DNA of 63,975 nucleotides, the filler included, from Basidioascus undulatus (lineage: Eukaryota), in assembly GCA_000826855.1 (NCBI GenBank). It is 6 parts of 6 records of this genome, joined end to end, with 100 filler letters (N's around TTAATTAATTAA, not from the genome) between each part and the next. Parts side by side here need not be neighbours in the genome. Positions count along the whole stretch, not along the records: positions 32,778 to 43,538 come from JTLS01001083.1; positions 43,639 to 54,438 come from JTLS01001084.1; 4 more parts are not named here. One strand, written 5' to 3'. The notes beneath the pieces were generated by a model. That model was given only the letters and a program-made list of their open reading frames with translations, was not told the DNA's origin and searched no databases. Below, piece after piece: positions 37,324 through 49,695 of the stretch (position 1 is the stretch's first letter; each line of letters starts with the position of its first letter). The position numbers and the translations under genes are program-made.

Positions 37324-40300
37324 TTACCAGACTGCAACGGAAGAGCACCGTCAGCGGAATCGACAGCAGACAGTGCGTACGGAAGACTTACCACTCCTGC
37401 ACAGAGGGCAGCTGGAGGACGACGACGTCCTGCAGGAAAAGGAGTGTGAGTTGCTGCGATGATAAAAGATGCTGAGATCTGCGTCACGTACTGGAACCAC
37501 TTGTACAAGCACGCAGCGTGGAACTTGTTCTTGCAGACCTGGAGACGAGTAGGCATGTAAGCACAGCGGGAGGTAGGGAAGAGGAGGGGTCAAGCGAACC
37601 TTGCACTGCTTGGCCGGGAGAGAGCGGTCCGCCGCACATACGATACTGAAAGTACGGGAGTCTGTCAGCAATAGCTGGAAGCGGACGAGAACTTTTGGCG
37701 ACGTACGAGTAGCAGATCGCACACTCTGTCACGCCCTCAAAGTGTAGCGAGACGTTTCGCCGGAAGAGCGTGAGCGCTTCCAGAATTGGGCCGTTCTGAG
37801 CGAGGTGCGCGGTCAGCGCCAACTGGCACAGATGGAAGGGGCTGCCATGCTACGTACCTGCGCGGCCACAACCTGCTGCACGGCGAGAAGCCAAGCCCTC
37901 CACTGCTTCTCGCTCACGCCGACGCGCTTGAGGTTCTTGACCTCGACCGACTCGAGCGGGAACAGCGCAGGGAGCTTGACGCCCATCTCCATCGGCTGCT
38001 CGTCGATGACGTAGCTCGCCGTGACTTCGTTCGCGCCCGAGGCGATCTTGATCGTGAGGTTCTCGTCCTTGAGAGCGTCGACCGCCTCCGGCTCGCGCAG
38101 CCGGTCGAGCTCGCCGCGGATGAGCAACGGGCTGAAGTGCTTCGCGGTGAAGGTCGAGACTGCGAGCGTGAGCTGCCGGTTTTGGCTCGATGACCACCAG
38201 AGGCGGATGAGGGCCGAGGCATGGTGCAAGGAGCGGTAGTAGACGTGGCCCGCGAGGGTTAGGAGAGCGGGAACGTTGTCGAGGTCGAAGTCTGCATGGC
38301 AGCAACTCCCAGATCAGCCTGATGCGCGACCGGGTTGGAAAGGGACGTAAACGCACATTCGGTGTAGAACTCCTCCACCGACCACGGACCGAGGTCAAAA
38401 GGCTTCGGCTTGTCCGTGACACCCAGCAAGCCCAAAACGAGCGGAACCAGGTGACTCGCGACCGCGTCGGTGCTCCGGAATTGCTCTGTGTACGCCGATT
38501 TGAGTTGGAAAGACTGCGAAGCCCATGCCAGTCAGCTGAGCTGTCGCAACTACTCGAGAATACGTACGTACCGCTCCCTTGAAGTGCTCGAACGCCAGAA
38601 GCCACGCAAGAAGTCGTCCGAAAGTCTCCTGCACAGGGAAGGTCCATCAGCAACGGCCACCGCATGGTTGGCGCAGCCATGGGGCACGCACCCTTCGCAA
38701 GTTTTCGTCCTCGGCCAGGAGCTCCGGGGCAACCTCGATCGAAGCGGTAAGCACGTTGAACAGCTCGGGCGGCAGCTTGATGTCGACCTGTTGGTCGGTC
38801 GCAACGGCTGCCTCGACGACGAGCGCCTCGGTCCGGCGGCGAACGAGGCGAGTGAGGAGGTGGTACGCGACCTTCTGCACGCGTACCGAGGGGTTCGAAA
38901 GCATGCGCACGAGCTGTGAAGAAGTGTCAGCATCGCGTGCGTGCTTCTTCACTCGCAAAAGAAGTCTTACAGGTGCGAACGACTCGTCCGTAATGAGAGA
39001 CTTCGGCATGCGCTGCACGAGCTCGATGAGCAGGTCGGCGCATCTTGATCGAGGCTCAGAAGCGGTACCGCCCGCTGTTCGAATTCCGATCGCATCAGCA
39101 TCTGACCTGGTCCGGTAAAGCAAATCCATCACTCACTAGACAGGCTGAGGAAGAGGTTCCGCAAGTGCTCGAACGCGATGGTCCGCCGATCGCGCCAGAT
39201 GTTGTTGAGCGCGGCGTTGTACGCGGCGAGGTCCATGAGCTGTCCGAAGAGGCGGAGCGAGTGCCACAAGAGCACGTAGCTCTCCGGCTCCTCAAGCGAG
39301 GCAACCTGTAGCCACCCCAAACCAACCAGCAATGAGCAATTGTCCCCGCGCCGCAACACAGGTCGTCCAACGCACCTCAAGGTTAGCCTCAACCAGGTCG
39401 AACAGCAAGTCCCAATGCGCGCCCTCGAGGTTCTGCACGATGGGCGCGACGTGCACGAAGAGCTCGGCGAGGCGCGAGTCGAGCTCCTCGTCGAGCTCGT
39501 CGTCGCTCATGACCCACTCGCGCAGGCTGCGCACGAGGAAGACCGTCCGCTGCTGCGGGAGGAACTCCTCGGCCGAGTCCAGCGGCGGCGCGGCGGCGAG
39601 AAGGAGGCGGAGGAGCGCGAGGCCCTCGGTCGACGCGCGGCTGGAGTGCACGCCCGACAGGCGCGAGGCGAGCTCGTTCAGCATGCGGGCGAGTCGAGGC
39701 GAGCCGACGACGAGGTCCTTCGTCGCGTAGAGAAGTGCTTTGGCGGTGTGCGGTGCTGTCATAATTTTGCCTCGTCAGTAGGTGTACATCGTATCCCCGA
39801 CCTCCCATACGTACCCGTCTGGAACAGGTCCTGCGCCAGGGCAAGCCACCGCTCGCCCTCCTGCATACCCGGGCCCCCATACTTGAACACGCCCTCCAAA
39901 AGCGTCCTCAGCAGCCTGGCCTCAAACACGGGCTCCGGCCCCTCCTCGCCCGAGCCCCACACGCCCGCCAGCAGCCCGACCAGCGCATCCGGCGCCGAGC
40001 TCCTCGCGCTCTCCGTGCCCTTCCGCAGCGCGCCCACCGCAGCGGCGTGCCACTCCGGCGGCACATCCTCGGCCAAGTGCGAAAGCGCATTCGCGACCAC
40101 GCCCCGCGCAGTGTCCTCAATCTCCCGGAGCGTCCGGTCCTCCACGCCCGGCCCAAACGCGATCGTCGACCCGCGCACAGCGCGCTCGTCAGCCGCGAGC
40201 TGCCCGAGCGCGAGGACGTGCTTGAGCGCTGCGGGGCTCTCTCGCGCGCGGGCCCGGTCGGAGGAGAGGAGCGCGAGGAGCGCGCCCGCCGAGCGCGCGT

Positions 40301-43300
40301 ACGAGGACAGGCCCTGCTGGTCGTACTTGTCTGCTGGCCGCGAGGGCGGGTCGTACTCGCGGATTTCAGGGACGAGAGGGTCGAGCACGCCGAGAGAGGG
40401 AGGGACGTCGTAGGAGGTTATGGTGGAGAGGAGGATGCCGAGCTCGGGTAGGGCGGACGTGACCAGGTCGATAGCGGCCGCGGATGTGCTCGGCAGCGCA
40501 ACCGACGCCGTCTTGAGGATCTGCTTCGGGCTGCTCGACGCGGAGATTCAGGCATGTGTCACCCACTGATTCAATATTGGACAAGCTCACCTAGCCAGCA
40601 CCGAAACATCGCCAACCAACTCCGCAACGCGCGCCCTCGCAGCCGCCCCCACGCCCTCCTCATCCCGCACGGCCTCCCAAAGCGCCCGTCCAGCACTCCG
40701 GACGTCCGAGCTCGGCAGCAAGAACGCAGCGACGAACGCGTCGGGGGCGACCGTGGCGCGCGGGGCCGCGCGGAGTAGGCGCAGCACAGAGGCGAGCGCG
40801 GGCGTCGCGTCCGTCTCGGCTGAGCGGAGACGAGCAGACACGAGCGTCGCGAGCGTGTCGGTCAGGAGGGTGGTGACGGATTCGGCGGTCAGTGCGCTCA
40901 CGAAGCGCTCTGCACGAGTTCACCCGTCAGCCTGAGTCGTGCGTGTATGTGAAAAAAGACAGCACAAACCCGTCTGCGCAGATTGCAAGACCCCCTGAAG
41001 TACCTCCTCCTCGCCCTCCTCCGCCTTACCCCCAACCACCCGTCCCGCAACACTGAGCACGCGCTCGTCCACGCCCTCCTCCTCCGCGCCGGCGCGCTCG
41101 AGACCCACGCTATCCAGCTCGCCCGCCCGCTCGGCGCGCAACAGCTCGCGCAGCACGCTGGTCGGCGGGTCGGCCGCGAGCGTGCCGCGCCAGGCGGAGA
41201 CTGCGTGCGAGGCGGAGGCGCGGTGGGCGAGGTAGGAGAGGAGGAGAGTTGTGGCGCGCGAGGAGAGCACGGGGGAGAGGAGGAGGTGCGGGAGCGTGAT
41301 CAGGGCGAGGGTGTCGAGCGTCTGCAGGGTTCGGTTAAGCATAAAGCCTCCAGGGAAAGCTGCTGATGTAGGGAAGACGCACCTCCGCAAGCGAAGAATC
41401 CGCAAACACCTCCTTCCCACAGCCCTTCAGCGCGTTCTCGAACAGGGCCAACCGACCCTCAATGCCTTCCTCTACCTCGGCCGCAGCAGCCGCGCCGACG
41501 GCCTCCCGCACGAGCTTGACTGCCGCGCCTCTCGCTACTGAGGCCTGCGGCAGGGAGTGCGCCAGCGCTGACAAGGCAGTCGCGAGGCACGCACCAGCCT
41601 CAGCGGTCGGCGGTGCAGCAGCGAGGGCGAGGGAAGTGGTGGAGATGGGCTCGAGAGCGGATGTCACGAGGTCTGTGAAGTGCACCTTCGGTCAGCATGA
41701 CCACCTCAAGAAAAGTTAAGTCGAAACGCACCTCCATCCGTCCCCTCAAGCCTAGCCACATGCTCCCCCAGCACCGCGCCCACGCGTTCAGCTCCAACGC
41801 GCCTCGCATCCCGTCCCACCTCCCTCCCAACAAACGCCTCCCAAACAGCGTCCACCCACTCCCGCACAACCATCCTTCCCTCCTCGGCCCGTCCCGCACG
41901 GTGCTCCCGCACGCCAAGGAACGCCCCGCACTCGACAGCCGCGACGAGGAGTGCCTCGGCCGCGCGGGCCTGGTATGGCGGGGGAAGGGCGCCGGACGCG
42001 AGCGGCGCGAGGAGGGAGAGGAGGAGGGCTGAGCGGGTCGGAGGCGGGAGGAGCGCGGGGGGGAGCGTGGAGAGGAGCAGGAGGAGGGAGGGGTAGGAGG
42101 TTTGCGGGCTGGGGGAGCGGCAGGACAGTTGGAGGTAGGTGAGGAGGGAGGAGATCGGCTGGGGGAGGGGAGGGGAGGGGGCTGCCGGGGAGGGCGAGGG
42201 CGAGGGCTCCTCGTCTTCGTCTTCGTCTTCGTCTTCGTCCTCCTCGCCTTCCTCCTCGTCCTTCGCCTCAGGCGTCGAAGCGATCTCCCAGGCTTGGGGA
42301 TATTCTGTGTGCACAACTCCGTTAGTCGGAAGTTTGTAGAGCCTGATACGTCAGACGGGGAACACTCACTCCGCAAGAACGGAAGCAGCCCGTCCCAGAT
42401 GCCCGCGCGGACAGTCGGCTCAGCCTCTTCAAACGCATTGGCGAAGACGGCGCGCGCGGCGGGCTCGAGATGGGGCTCGATGAGCGCTGTTCACCATGTT
42501 TGTTAGTTGCGTTTGGAGAAGAAAGCAAACAGCTTGACCACTCACCGCCATTCGAGCGCCCAACAAGCTTGCCCAGCACGCCCCATGCCGCCCGCCTGAC
42601 CATCTGCTCTCCGTCTCTAGCACCCATGGCCTCCCACAGCGCGCCACTCTCCAGCACGTCCGCGAGCCCGTCCGCGATCTCGACGCCCTCCTCCGGGGCG
42701 TGCTCGAGGACCCATCCGAGCGCGACGAGGCCCGCGGTGCGGATGCGCGCGTCCCTTGACGCCGCGGACTCTTCGAGCTCAGCGAGGCGCTCTTTGCGGG
42801 TCTCGGACGGCGTCGGGGCAGGCGGGCCGGGCCGCTTGGGGGTGGATGCGCCTGACGGCGGCTGGGAGGTTGGCTGGGGGAAGGGCGCGGGGAGGAGGGT
42901 GAACGGCGAGCGGATGCCGTTGGAGATGTAAATGAGTAGCGGGTCGAGGAGGTACGGCTCCGAGAGGTTCAGGCGGTCGCCGTCGGACGCGGTCGTCCAG
43001 CTCACGGCGTCGTCCCAGCCGCCGTTGCCGGCGAGGAGCCACGCGCCGAGCGCCTGGGGCTGCTCGCCTGAGGAAAGGGAGTAGAGGATGGTGGAGCGGA
43101 CGGAGGGGAGGGCGGGGGAGAGGAGCGCGGCGTGAAGGGCGGACGAGGTCTGGCGCAGGCGGCGGGTCGGGGAGAGGAGGAGGGAGGGGAGATGGTGGAG
43201 CTGCGGATGCCCAACAGGACTAGATAAGTACCATACCGGGTCTTCTCAATAGACAAGAATGCAGTGCACTCACCCAGACAGGAACAGCTAACGCGACGCC

Positions 43301-43538
43301 CTCCTCGCCCATCTCCCCCTGCTCGACATCGGCCACCCACGCCTGGAGCTCCTCCACCGCGCGGCCCTTTGTGACCCCATCGCGCTTGGAGAGTTTTCTG
43401 AGGATAACGACGAGGTCCGCGGGGAGGATGCTGGCGAGTCCGAGGGCGTCGAGCGGGTCGGGCGCGGGGCGGGGCGGTGAGAGATACGGAGGGGGTCTGG
43501 CTGAACGCTCTCCCGCTTGCAGTACATCGGCCTGCAGA
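37324..43538 (-). CDS. RKR1: Listerin E3 ubiquitin ligase Rkr1/Ltn1 (ribosome quality control); 5' end truncated by the contig end
   Basis: N-terminal VILRKLSKRDGVTKGRAVEEL; RWD-like EVTASYVIDEQPMEMGVKLPALFPLESVEV...EKQWRAWL; LFRRNVSLHFEGVTECAICYS and RING CKVCKNKFHAACLYKWF...SSCPLCRSVW* (stop 37324-37326). Confidence 0.95.
42211..42260. repeat. (TCGTCT)n / (TCC)n coding microsatellite encoding an acidic ED tract in Rkr1
   Basis: tcgtcttcgtcttcgtcttcgtcttcgtcc; on the minus strand it encodes EEDEDEDEDEDEE. Confidence 0.8.
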
Positions 43539-43638
43539 NNNNNNNNNNNNNNNNNNNNNNNNNNNNNNNNNNNNNNNNNNNNTTAATTAATTAANNNNNN
43601 NNNNNNNNNNNNNNNNNNNNNNNNNNNNNNNNNNNNNN
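43539..43638. other. Artificial contig linker
   Basis: N44-TTAATTAATTAA-N44. Confidence 0.99.
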
Positions 43639-44785
43639 GTATGTTGCTGGGGCGCTCGTGCGTCTTCTCACGGTGTTGAATGGGGGGGGGGGGGCGCAGA
43701 TGGATTGGTTAGAAATCGGTGTGCTGCTGGATCAGGAGTTTGCTGTGTGCGCAGGGGTGTGCAAATATGGTTTGCAAGTACATGGCTGGGCAAGAGCTGC
43801 CCCCACTGGCACAAGTACTTTCTGGTATTCGGGAACTGAAAGCAATGCTGACTCTTCCATGAAGACAAAGTGGCCTCATGTCCCATTGCCTAAGAAAGTG
43901 ACGTCGATCCCCAGCTGCCGGCAGGCACTCCGGCTGCATCGTGTTTTACATGGAAATCCGATAATGCAGTCCATCCAGCTTGGCGGAAACGGTCCGGTCC
44001 AAGATTCCCCGTGTTATGCATCGACAATTTACTGTCTTTCCCCTGGTGAAGACGGTTGTTTGAGGAGATGAAGAGTGAGTGCAAGCGAGCGACCGAGAGT
44101 CAAGTAGGGTAGTAAGCTTCGGGCTGTGCGTAGACTGGACTCTGCGTCGGCGGCCCACGCGCTCATTACAGGTCCAACGTTAATCCCACCAGACTTCCCT
44201 TTTGGCTTTTTTCGTATTCGTTTCGGTTTCATGACGAGATGGCAGTGATTGAACTCGAAACGCGTTTCCCTCTTACATAACGAACCCCCACGCTCCTCCT
44301 ACGTGAGTTGATTTCCGCAGCGTCTATACAAAGAAACGCCCGCAGGCATTCTTAGCACTGCTGGATCTCCACCCAGGGTAACGCCCCTTCGGCCTCTCCT
44401 CTCCTCTCTTCTCCCTTCCTCTCGCACCGCCCCGGCGCGCTTGACATCATCAGCCGGCTCTCCCCTCGGGCGTAGCCTCGTGCAGTTGCGTGCGCTGCGG
44501 TCCGGGGTCCGCCGTTGCGGGGGAGTAGGGCTGAAAGCTGAGGGGGCAGGAGGGGAAGCTTGAGGGGCAGTGGTGCAGATAGGTGGTCGTTGGTGTGATG
44601 GACCCTCCCTTTCTGGACTCATTTGGGTGTACGAAAGCAAAATCATCCTTCTTGATCATCATCCTTCTCAGCTTGTGCCGCTTGCTTTCTCCTCTCCTCT
44701 GCGCTCCTTGTCGCGAACGCGCTCCGTCTTCCTTTCCGCCGTCTCTCGCCTTCCTCCCTCCCACACCGAGAACCCGCCGCCTCCC

Positions 44786-47700
44786 ATGCCTCCCCCATAC
44801 AGCTTCCAGCCTATCTACCAAGGGGGGCACGGCGACTCGCCCGCGTCGTCCGCGTCCGACCACTCGCTGCTCAAGGCCCCCGGCGGCGGCGGCGGCGGCG
44901 GCGGGTACGCCCCGTACGGCCAGCCGACCATCAGCGACAAGTTCGCGCTGTCTGCCGCGCCCACGGACTGGGGTGCGGCGTACGATGGGCCTGGTGCGTT
45001 TCAGATTAATCTGGACTCTCTGTATAGGTGAGAGGTGGAATGCTGAGACTGTGGCGGGGCGCATGGGGTAATGCAGAACCGGACGACAGGTGAGCACTTC
45101 GGTGGGTGCTTGAAGCTAGAATTCCGTCCTTACAGGATATAAACTGCGTACAGACTACACAACCCCGACCCGAGGAGAGATCGAAAGTGCGTTTTATGCG
45201 AGCAGAGCGACAAAAGTGGAAGAGACTGACGCTGCTGGGTATTGACTGCAAGTATCGACTCGGCCGGCTCCATCTTCACGTGGCGGTGCGTCCGAATCTC
45301 CATTTACTTCTTGTATTGTAATTACTGAAATGGGCGCGGAAACAGAGGCCTGATGAACATCGGCTTCCTCGCCATCCTGGGCGCGGCGCTGTTGATGCTT
45401 TTGTGCGTAGCCTATTCTCCAGGCACGTTTTCATTTCCAACAGAATCTCTGATCCTCCCTGTGGAGTGCACAGCGCCGGATACCCAATCTACAGCGCATA
45501 TGGCAAAAAAAGCCAAACTACCAGCGGGGGGTTCAATCTCGTGCGTCCCGACGGCATTTCAAACCCTGCGCCTTCGCGAACTGACCGGCTGCCGCTTCGC
45601 CCACCAGGGATTCATCAATGCCTCTGGCCAAGTTCCGGCATTCAATGTAGACTTTGTGAGATCCTATCCTTAATCCAATGCGTCCGTTTAAAGGCGTAAT
45701 AACGCAGTGTGCGGTAGGGCCTCATCGATAAAGACACGCCGGAGAGCGCGCGGACCCGTAAAGGCGAGTCGGCGGGTGTTGTGTGCGGAGAGTGTCTGAT
45801 GAGGAGGAGGGGCTGACTGAGTGAAACGCAGGCTTCGACGGCCAGGATTATGAGCTCGTCTTCTCCGATGAGCGAGTTCTTTTTCCAAACAATGAACCCC
45901 AGGATGCCGATGCTGAACATGGTGTGCACCATGCGCAGGTTCAACGTCGACAACCGCACGTTCTACCCGGGCGACGACCCGTACTGGGAGGCTGTGGACA
46001 TCCACTACTGGTATGGTTTTCTGTCACGTCAACACGACTGAAGCACGCTGACGATGTGATCGGCGCAGGGGAACCAACAACTTGGAGGTGAGCCACTGTG
46101 CGCATCGACTTGTCAGGCAGTCTGAAATGGGAGCGCTGCGGAACAGTGGTACAGTCCACGACAGGCTTTCACGCAGGACGGGTACTTGCATATCACCCTG
46201 GACGACGTTAAGGTGCGACGTTCTTCCGGGGTATGTACGCGTTGACGGGGTGCTGAAAGCGGTGGCTATGACAGTCGCACAACTTGGACTATGAGGGCAG
46301 CATGCTCTCGACTTGGAACAAGTAAACAGTCCACCGTTCCTCTGCATTTTGAAATATCATTTCTGACTGTTCCACACCAGGTTCTGCTTCACGGGCGGAT
46401 ACCTGTCCGCGAGCATCACCCTTCCCGGCGCCAGGTTCGTGCTTCCCTCGCCCGTGTTCTGCCCTCCTCTGATTTTCGACGGTCGTTCCCAACTTTTCAC
46501 AGCGATGTTTGGTGAGTTCTCCCATCGAGGCCCTCTTCAGACGGCGGTTTCCTGACGCCTTCAATCCATTTGAAAGGGGCTTGTGGCCTGGTGCGTTTCC
46601 CTACTCTGCGACGCTCCGGCGTTGGGTGCTAACGATGGCCAATTGCGATTAGCGTTCTGGATGATGGGCGTAAGTATTTCTGTTGTTATGAAGTGTATTC
46701 ATAACGGATACTCAGCTTCCTTTCACGCGTCGCAGAACCTTGGGCGCGCTGGATACGGTGCTTCCCTGGAAGGAATGTGGCCATACACTTACGATGCGTG
46801 CGACGTCGGGGTGCGTGGTTAATGGGCTGGTACTCTCTTTACTGTGGCGTAAAATACTGACAAGTGGAAGTACAGACACTCCGAAACCAGTCGTTGAACA
46901 GTAGGACTTCGGACGAGCTCTGCCACGACCGCGCACGTTGTTCACTTGACACCCCTTTGCAGACTACCCTCCTGCTGCGACCACGATGGGTGACCCTTCA
47001 TACGTGCGTAAACGCCATGCCTCAACATCGCCCCCCGCGGCTGACTCAGACTCCCGTCTGCAGGACAACTCGCTCTCGTACCTGCTCGGGCAGCGCCTAT
47101 CGCGCTGCACATGCGAGAACGAGGACCACCCCGGACCGAAGCATCCCGACGGCACGTGGTGGGGTCGTGCGGCGCCGGAAATCGACGTGCTCGAAGCGCA
47201 GGTCGAGGAGTCTACGAGGACTGGAAAGGGTAAGCGTGCCGTCGAAGGGGGTGTTCGGTTTGCAACGCAGCTGACAGGGCTCGCGCCACGCAGTCTCCAT
47301 GTCTGGTGGGTTGCCAGTGTTTTGGGTGCGCTTTGGTGAAGCTGACGCAGCTGGAAAATAGGACAATGGGCTCCGTTTAATGCGGTACGGTCCTGTCTCG
47401 CATTTTTTTTGCCATGTCCATGCCGCTTACATGCCATACTGCAGAACTACCTCTGGGTGCGACGCCGCTTCCGAGATTGTCGGTTCACGGATAGATACTT
47501 ACCCTATACCGCTTGCAGGATAACGCTACCGAGTAAGTAATCTCAACTCAACTACGTGAGCGCTTAGGCTGACGCAGCCTGCATCACAGCAACTACTTCA
47601 TGAGTGCGTTGCTGGTCCAGACGTTGCAATGCGTAGCAGCTCACGTTCCTCCGCCTGTCTGAAACACGATGCAGAGGACAAGTACGTTTTATGGTTTGAA

Positions 47701-49251
47701 TCCCTCTCGCGATCATCTACTCATCAATTTCCAATTTCAGGGTCAACGACGAGCTCAACAGCTACAAGGGCAAGCGCCTCTCCTCAAGCGACCGCGCACG
47801 CAACGAACTGATATCCTTCTTCACCCTGGACAGGCGGTGTCTTCCAGCAGTCTTCCTCTGGTGTCATCATGACCGACCAGAACTGCTACCAGTTCAGCGG
47901 GGGGTGCTTTGACTCGTACGGAGTCGAGTACCAGCCGGGCGACGACGGATACATCACCTGGGCGATCCGCGAGGAAGCCCGGTGGGGCGTCAAGGGTGCG
48001 TTGCGTCGTCTTTCATCTTGACGAGATTGCTTCGAACGTCGCACAATGTTCTGATATTTGCTTGTTGCGGCGTGCTGTTAGGTGCCGGGCTCGGGCCAGA
48101 CAAGACGTCCGAGATCAGCCAGCGCCCTGTGCCGTATGAGCCCAGTCAGTCGCTGCCATGAGATGGACTCGAGCGAGAAGAGACATTATTGCTGACCTGA
48201 CTCGGATGATTCCCAGTGGTGCGTGTCCGCGCGGTGAAGATGCAGTGATGTTTGGGGCAGTCCGTTAACCTTGCTTGCGAGCAGTACATCATCTTCAATC
48301 AGGGTATCTCTAAAAACTTCGGGTGCGTCGGAGGCGGGCGGTAGCGCAGAAAGGTTGCATGGCTATGTATTAATTTCAAGCCTGCAGCAACATCGACTAT
48401 GACGAGCTCAAATTCGTTCGTTCATACCCTGCTCACTTGACCAAAGCGCAGACGGACTGATCCGGTCGTCTTTGTTCATTGCCGAACAGCCCAGCATCAT
48501 GAAAGTGGTGCGTGTCAATTCTCGTTCCGTTTGCTTGATTCTTCGGCTGATGCTCCCTCCGTCTGTCTATAGGACTGGGTTCGCGTTTACCAGCCTAAGT
48601 GAGTGGCGATTTGACAGGGCGAGGTAATAATCTCGACGCTGACACGCTCGTCTTCAGGGGCAAACGGAACATTGGGTACGTGCACAGGATCCTCTGCTTG
48701 CAGTCCACACTTTCTGAACGCGGACATCGCCGACGGCAGTTGTGACCCTCCGGATGTGAGCATGCCTTTCCTGCAATGGTACACATGAACAACTGTACTG
48801 ACCGATTGCTTGCCGTGCACAGTTCCCTACCGCCGACTACGTACGTGACTATAGTTGAGGTTGGAACCGTGCGAATGCTCAGGCGAGCCTTGCACGACAG
48901 ATCGCAAGGCATGAGGCAGCGTACATGAACCCCAACCTGACGACGTAAGAACACATAAGACTGTGTACTATTATTACGCATCCACTTACTGAGCAACTGT
49001 TGCAGTTGGGAGCAATAGTGAGTGTTGCACAACCGTTCGCGGCGCAGCCGTTTTACTCACGGCGTGAGCCCACCGACTTGCAGTAACGGAAGTAAGGACT
49101 TCCCGAAGAACGCCCTTCAGGTACGCGTGCGGCCTCTGCACGTCGCGAATGTTCTGTGACTGATGGTTTGTGGTTGTAACAGCACCAAGGCGACGCGGAC
49201 TGCAAAAAGGCGTTGGGGGTCGCGCCGGACAACCTCAAGACGTTGACATAG
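44786..49251 (+). CDS. KRE6: KRE6/SKN1 family beta-1,6-glucan synthesis-associated GH16-like type II membrane protein; extremely fragmented into small exons
   Basis: Spliced motifs [18 protein letters not shown] (TM), [132 protein letters not shown]. Confidence 0.95.
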
Positions 49252-49695
49252 ACTAGAGCTGCGAGCGCTGCCGGTCAGCCTTGTACGATGGATACTTAAT
49301 GCGCTTTAATAAATTGCAACAATAGCTGTACACCGTTGAGGGAAAAGGACTTCTTTCAAGACGCAAGACCAATCTGTCCCGCTGCCAGCCGTAGTGAATT
49401 GGCGAGAGCTGCCGGAGGGTACCAGCCTCGCTTGACCCGCAGTGCACACCACGTCTTGCATGCTGTATCTAAACTTCGATTGAATTGACTACGGTTATTC
49501 TGAAGAGAGCTACTTGTACAGAAACAGTATCGGTGTTGGGCTTATCGCAACTGCTATCGGCGAAGGAGGTGAGCAACTCGTGACGCAATTCGGCTCTCCT
49601 GCCTTTCTAGTCCTACCTTTGCTTGCCGCCGCCACATCCCAGGTCTTCTCTGTCTCATCAGACTTACAAGCAGTATAATTCTTCGGCGCACTATC

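Noticed and set aside
39340..40413. Long plus-strand ORFs opposite RKR1 (also 27900-28700 opposite TRS120)
   Set aside because: These are antisense shadows caused by high GC3 codon usage.
45758..45770. A further GC-AG donor in KRE6 at 45764
   Set aside because: A canonical GT donor at 45758 gives the same phase, so a GC donor is not required.
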